In this document: positions 59,005-64,000 of the stretch, piece by piece | How positions within the stretch are numbered: the first letter of the stretch is position 1 | How the letters are laid out: every line of letters begins with the position of its first letter | Assembly (NCBI GenBank): GCA_903844645.1 | Contig: CAIMUP010000006.1 | Coordinates: 2,055 to 66,054 of the forward strand | Length of the DNA: 64,000 nucleotides | Source: an uncultured Bacteroidota bacterium | GTDB taxonomy: Bacteria > Bacteroidota > Bacteroidia > AKYH767-A > JABDAW01 | Direction of reading: 5' to 3' | Notes under the pieces: model-generated | Database searches by the model: none | What the model saw: the letters and a program-made list of their open reading frames with translations, nothing else | Told to the model about the DNA's origin: nothing | Made by a program: the position numbers and the translations under genes

Positions 59005-60564
59005 ATGAAAACGCAAATATACAGATTCAAAAGTTTTGCTGCATTGCTGCCGAAACTATGCCTGCTTATTCTTATTCTATTTACCTTCTCTATGCCTGCA
59101 AATGGACAGATTGCTGATGATTTTTCGGATGGTGATTTCAATAATAATCCAACATGGAGCGGCGATGTCGGAAGCTTTAAAATCAACACCTCAAAAGAAT
59201 TGCAATTGAACGGGGTTGCTGCAGATACTTCCTATTTATCCACCCCAAATACTTCTATCAATAATACGGAATGGGACATCTGGTTGAAGATTTCTTTAGC
59301 TCCTACGGCAGGGAATAACGAACGTATTTATTTAGTCTCCGATCAGGCGAATCTGAAAGGAAGTCTCAATGGATATTTTATCTATTTGGGGGCTAATAAA
59401 AATATTGCCATGATAAAACAAACAGGCAATGTAACAGTAAATATTTTTACAGGCATCGCGCAGCATGTCAACAAAACAGTAAATAGTATTGGTCTGAAAA
59501 TTACCAGAGACAGCCTTGGGCTATGGACAATATATTCCGATACAACCGGTGGAATCAATTATATTCCTGAAGGCAATCCATTTATGGATAGCACCTTTAC
59601 CACAACAAATTATTTCGGGGTCGTTTGCCAATATACTGTCAGTAATGCAACCAAGTTTTACTTCGATAATATTTATGTAGGTGGGATTAAAACCAATGCC
59701 CTTCCGAGTCTTATTCCCGATAGTTTCGACATTGTGGTGAATGAAATTATGTACGACCCCATATCAGGAGGTAGTGATTTTGTGGAGCTTTATAATCGTT
59801 CCGATAAAACTTTTGATTTGAAAGATATATCCATAGCCAATGTGGGCTTTACTTCTGGTATTGTGATGGATACTGTTCCCATTACCGGAACCAGTCGTTT
59901 GTTCCTTCCTGGTGAATATATTGTGCTAACGGCGAGTATCGCAAATGTCCTGTTTCAATACCCTAAATCAATCCCAAATAGCTTTATCGAACTACCTGTT
60001 ATGCCCCAGTTCTATGCCGATAGCGGAGGGGTTGCTATCATTAGCTCGAATAAAATCATTGACCAGTTTCAATATTCCAATGCTATGCAATTCCCGATGC
60101 TAAACGACTTACATGATGTAAGTTTGGAGCGACTGAATTTCGATAGAATGACGCAGGATAATACCAATTGGCATTCTGCTTCGGAGGGGGTTGGGTTTGG
60201 GACTCCGGGGTATAAGAATTCTCAATTTGAATCCAACGAAAGTGTTCAAAACAACTTCTATTTAGAGCCTGAAATATTCTCTCCGGATAATAATGCTTAC
60301 GAGGATGTGGTGAACCTTCACTATCATTTTAAGACTGCTGGAAATGTTGGAACGATCACTATCTTTGATGCCAAAGGAAGGTTGGTTAGAAATCTTGTTT
60401 CTAACGAGTTATTGGGGACTGATGGCGCGTATAGTTGGGATGGGATTAATAATCAAAATACCAAGGCGGGTGTAGGAATTTATGTGGCTTATCTTTCTGT
60501 TTTCGATTTAAAGGGTGTTACGAATTCTTTCAAAAAGACGTGCGTACTTGCGGCGAATTTATAG
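59005..60564 (+). CDS. Lamin-tail domain secreted protein with C-terminal sorting-like domain
   Basis: DDFSDGDF..NPTW, VVNEIMYDP..DFVELYN, GTPGYKNS, FSPDN..WDG. Confidence 0.82.
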   Translation: MKTQIYRFKSFAALLPKLCLLILILFTFSMPANGQIADDFSDGDFNNNPTWSGDVGSFKINTSKELQLNGVAADTSYLSTPNTSINNTEWDIWLKISLAPTAGNNERIYLVSDQANLKGSLNGYFIYLGANKNIAMIKQTGNVTVNIFTGIAQHVNKTVNSIGLKITRDSLGLWTIYSDTTGGINYIPEGNPFMDSTFTTTNYFGVVCQYTVSNATKFYFDNIYVGGIKTNALPSLIPDSFDIVVNEIMYDPISGGSDFVELYNRSDKTFDLKDISIANVGFTSGIVMDTVPITGTSRLFLPGEYIVLTASIANVLFQYPKSIPNSFIELPVMPQFYADSGGVAIISSNKIIDQFQYSNAMQFPMLNDLHDVSLERLNFDRMTQDNTNWHSASEGVGFGTPGYKNSQFESNESVQNNFYLEPEIFSPDNNAYEDVVNLHYHFKTAGNVGTITIFDAKGRLVRNLVSNELLGTDGAYSWDGINNQNTKAGVGIYVAYLSVFDLKGVTNSFKKTCVLAANL

Positions 60565-60647
60565 GGAATAAGTTGTAGGTGAAATAGGGTGGGGGAGGTG
60601 GATAAAAACTTTCTCTTGGGGTGTTGGGGAGTCTTCGGTTCGACACT

Positions 60648-60875
60648 AATTTTATGCCATTGGAAAAGGAATTTATACTATTGGAAAAGGAACTTTGTCG
60701 GGGTTTGATTTACTTTATTCGATGCCTATTTTATTATTCACTATGGTTGTTTTAATTTCTACGATTCCGTTTTGAATTTCTACGAGGGTTGTTTTAGTTT
60801 CTAAGGTTTCGTTTTGAATTTCTACCATGGGTTTTGGAACTTATACGATGGCTGTGGCGGTTTATACGTCCTGCA
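60648..60875. repeat. Degenerate 21-bp-period array, ~10 units
   Basis: ATTGGAAAAGG at 60659 and 60680; TTTCTA/TTTATA cores at 60756, 60777, 60798, 60819, 60840 and 60861. Confidence 0.75.
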
Positions 60876-61017
60876 CCCGTGTTTTAATATAGCTATATAG
60901 ATATTATTATTATCAGCGTATTACATGGTGGTAATAATTCAATTAATCGAGAATTTGGAATTTTGGAGTTTTCGGGAAAGGGGTTGAAATTGGGGAGGAA
61001 ATAAATAGGATTTTGCC

Positions 61018-62553
61018 TTATTTTATTCGTTCGATTGCGGCTTGTAATCTTTTTAATACCTCTTGTTTTCCTAATAATTCTGCCATTTCCCAGAGGACGG
61101 GACCGCCTCCTAAACCGCTTAAACAGACTCTGAAAACTTGCATGACAGAGCCTGGATTTACTCCTTCGCTTTCGCAAGATTGTTTGAATGATTTTTCTAA
61201 TTCTGGGGCATTCCAATTTTCTATTTTATCAAAATCAGCACTTGCTTTTGCGATGGCTGTTTTTGCATTTTCGTTCCACTTTTTCTTGATCACTTCTTCG
61301 TCATATTTATCGGGAGCGATGAAAAAGAAACTTCCGAGATTCCAAAATTCTTTGATGAAATGCGCCTTCTCTTTTATTAAACGGCAGACGTTTTCTACAT
61401 AAATTTCATCAGGATTAAAACCTCTTTTATTAAGGTCTGTGAGAAACTCTTTTGCCAGTTCTTTATCATCTTTTTTGCGGAGATATTGTTGGTTAAACCA
61501 CTTGGCTTTGTCGGGATCGAACTTGGCTCCGGACTTGCTTACTTTCTCAAAAGAAAACTGTGCAATGAGTTCTTCCATGCTCATCATTTCGGTATTATGT
61601 CCGGGATTCCAACCGAGCAATGCGATGATATTTATCATGGCTTCGGGGAAATATCCTTGCTCGCGATAGCCTGATGAAATCTCGCCACTTGCAGGGTCTT
61701 TCCACTCCAAGGGGAACACCGGAAAGCCGAGTTTATCGCCATCGCGTTTGCTTAATTTTCCGTTGCCATCGGGCTTTAATAAAAGAGGGAGATGGGCGTA
61801 TTTAGGCATCGCATCTTCCCAACCGAGGTAGCGGTAAATAAGCAGATGAGCGGGGGCAGAGGGCAGCCATTCTTCGCCGCGAACGGCATGGGTGATTTCC
61901 ATTAAAATATCGTCCACAATGTGGGCAAGATGATAGGTGGGCATGCCATCGGATTTCAACAAAACTTTGTCATCAACTTGGGAAGAATGTACGACGACCC
62001 AGCCACGAATAATGTCATGCAAACGTATCTCTTCGTTGCGCGGCACCTTGAGGCGAATGACATAAGGTTCGTTGTTTTCGAGACGTCTTTTTACTTCGTC
62101 TTCAGGGAGGGTCAAAGAGTTTTTGAGGGTTTGACGAGTGATGGAATTGTATTGAAAAGGCTTGTCTTTCGCCTTTGATAAACGCTCACGGATGGCATCT
62201 AATTCTTCTGTGGTATCGAAGGCGTAATAGGCATGACCGCTTGCGATTAGTTGCTCGGCATATTTTTTATAAACGCCTTGTTCTTTCCTTTCTGATTGAC
62301 GATAAGGTTCATGTTTTCCTCCTACGGAAACGCCTTCATCAATAGTAATTCCGCACCATTTCAAGGACTCGATAATATACTCTTCGGCACCCGGAACGTA
62401 ACGGGTTTGGTCGGTATCTTCGATCCTCAACAAGAAGTCGCCACCGTGATGTTTTGCGAAAAGATAATTGTATAAAGCTGTTCGCACACCCCCGATATGT
62501 AAGGGACCTGTGGGCGAGGGGGCAAATCTTAATCTGACTTTTTTATTCTCCAT
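61018..62553 (-). CDS. gltX: Glutamate--tRNA ligase
   Basis: RFAPSPTGPLHIGG, RIEDTD, KLSKR. TATCTTTG promoter at 62574-62581. Confidence 0.97.
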   Translation of the reverse strand: MENKKVRLRFAPSPTGPLHIGGVRTALYNYLFAKHHGGDFLLRIEDTDQTRYVPGAEEYIIESLKWCGITIDEGVSVGGKHEPYRQSERKEQGVYKKYAEQLIASGHAYYAFDTTEELDAIRERLSKAKDKPFQYNSITRQTLKNSLTLPEDEVKRRLENNEPYVIRLKVPRNEEIRLHDIIRGWVVVHSSQVDDKVLLKSDGMPTYHLAHIVDDILMEITHAVRGEEWLPSAPAHLLIYRYLGWEDAMPKYAHLPLLLKPDGNGKLSKRDGDKLGFPVFPLEWKDPASGEISSGYREQGYFPEAMINIIALLGWNPGHNTEMMSMEELIAQFSFEKVSKSGAKFDPDKAKWFNQQYLRKKDDKELAKEFLTDLNKRGFNPDEIYVENVCRLIKEKAHFIKEFWNLGSFFFIAPDKYDEEVIKKKWNENAKTAIAKASADFDKIENWNAPELEKSFKQSCESEGVNPGSVMQVFRVCLSGLGGGPVLWEMAELLGKQEVLKRLQAAIERIK

Positions 62554-62611
62554 AATATGTATTTAATTGGGGGCAAAGATAGGATTCTAAGGTATGATTT
62601 ATTGCAAACAA

Positions 62612-62652
62612 AATTGGCAGATAAAAAGCGTTATGCTTTCTATCTGCCAATT
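62612..62652 (-). terminator. Hairpin terminator after metK
   Basis: AATTGGCAGATA...TATCTGCCAATT stem. Confidence 0.7.
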
Positions 62653-62673
62653 ATTAATTGCTTTATAAATTTA

Positions 62674-63999
62674 TTATTGTTGCGGCGTATCGGTAGCAGG
62701 TGTAGAAGGGGTTTCTACACTTGGAGTATCTACTGAAGGAACAACTTTTCTTGGTCTTCCTCTTTTGCCTGGACCGCTGGAAGATTTTGGTTGATAATTG
62801 GAATAAGAACGAACTCCTTTTTCGCTTGTTGGATAAATTTCTCCACTAACATTGGGAGCAAATTCTTTCTTTACATAGCCTTTGTATCCATGACGAAATC
62901 CAAAAACTTCCTTGATTTTTTCTACATAATCTAATTTCTCCCAAGTGAAAGTTTCAAATTCTTTAAATAGTTTTCCACCGCGATCTCCTTTATATTCTAC
63001 TTTCAACATCTCTGGCTTTCTGCCCATGTGTCCGTAAGAAGCAGAAGGTAAAAAGATAGGATTCTTCAAGCCGAAACGCTTCACAATAGCTCCCGGACGC
63101 ATATCGAAAATACCTTTTACAATATTTGAAATCTCGGTATCGCTGTATTTCTTTCCGTTTGATTTTTTCACCTTGCAGGAGTAAAAAGTATTTACATACA
63201 AGCCTACCGGTTCTGCAACTCCGATAGCATAAGCTACCTGAACCAAACATTCGCTGGCAAGCCCTGACGCAACAATATTCTTCGCAATATGACGACAAGC
63301 ATACGCCGCAGAACGATCTACCTTCGAGGAATCTTTTCCAGAGAAAGCACCGCCTCCATGAGGAGCACGACCACCATAAGTATCAACAATAATCTTACGC
63401 CCAGTCAAGCCTGTATCGCCATGAGGACCGCCAATTACAAAGCTACCGGTCGGGTTGATATGAAACTTAATATTCGTCTTGAAATACTTCTTCATTTTAT
63501 AAGGAAACCTCGCACGAACCTTCGGCATGATGTATTCAATCATATCTTGGGTAATCTGTTTCGTCATCATCATATTCGCCATCTCACGACTTTGATCGGT
63601 ATCTTTTTCAGGTTTAATCCAATCATCATGTTGGGTAGAAATAACAACCGAATCAATCCTCACTGGCTTGCCGCGATCATTATATTCAATCGTAACCTGC
63701 GACTTCGCATCAGGACGAAGATAGTGCATTTTCTTTGGAAGACCCGTCCTCCGAACCTTCTGCAACTCCTTCAATATCATGTGCGAAATTTCAAGAGCCA
63801 ACGGCATAAAGTTACGGGTTTCATTCACCGCATACCCAAACATCATCCCCTGATCTCCCGCACCTTGTTCTTCATCCTTGCCACGTTCCACGCCACGGTT
63901 AATATCCGCCGATTGTTCATGCAAAGTAGTGATCACTCCGCAGGAATCACCATCGAATTTATACTCCGATTTCGTATAGCCGATGTCATTAATAACCCG
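62674..63999 (-). CDS. metK: S-adenosylmethionine synthetase (5' truncated) with a C-terminal extension
   Basis: GAGDQGMMFGYA, GGPHGDTGLTGRKIIVDTYGG, GGGAFSGKD; frame open to the window end. Confidence 0.97.
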   Translation of the reverse strand, partial: RVINDIGYTKSEYKFDGDSCGVITTLHEQSADINRGVERGKDEEQGAGDQGMMFGYAVNETRNFMPLALEISHMILKELQKVRRTGLPKKMHYLRPDAKSQVTIEYNDRGKPVRIDSVVISTQHDDWIKPEKDTDQSREMANMMMTKQITQDMIEYIMPKVRARFPYKMKKYFKTNIKFHINPTGSFVIGGPHGDTGLTGRKIIVDTYGGRAPHGGGAFSGKDSSKVDRSAAYACRHIAKNIVASGLASECLVQVAYAIGVAEPVGLYVNTFYSCKVKKSNGKKYSDTEISNIVKGIFDMRPGAIVKRFGLKNPIFLPSASYGHMGRKPEMLKVEYKGDRGGKLFKEFETFTWEKLDYVEKIKEVFGFRHGYKGYVKKEFAPNVSGEIYPTSEKGVRSYSNYQPKSSSGPGKRGRPRKVVPSVDTPSVETPSTPATDTPQQ

Positions 64000-64000
64000 A

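Noticed and set aside
3960..60875. Tandem arrays as CRISPR arrays
   Set aside because: Units are contiguous 21-mers without unique 25-45-nt spacers, repeats differ at every locus, and there are no cas genes in the window

Overview
64 kb of a Bacteroidota chromosome, identified from T9SS C-terminal domains, gldH, TAnnTTTG promoters and A-rich translation starts. It carries housekeeping genes (pdhA, pdhC, mqnB, amt, nuoI-J-K and nuoL, msrB, asd, gltX, partial metK) and many T9SS cargo proteins, including a 3100-aa repeat adhesin with an inserted YVTN propeller. A five-gene secreted cluster looks copper-related. No rRNA, tRNA, CRISPR-cas, transposase or integrase was seen. The most unusual feature is non-coding: 13 of the 15 intergenic gaps longer than about 250 bp contain a short tandem array with a 21-bp (or 2x21-bp) period. 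Each array has a different unit sequence. Units often drift while keeping the 21-nt register, and many arrays contain fold-back inverted copies of themselves. One array is enclosed by ~200-bp inverted arms, two sites share an 87-bp flank, and three sites coincide with breaks in the nuo operon. One array lies with a (TAGAG)16 microsatellite directly upstream of an uncharacterised 308-aa gene, the best candidate here for a linked protein. All coordinates and identities were read by eye; no searches were run.
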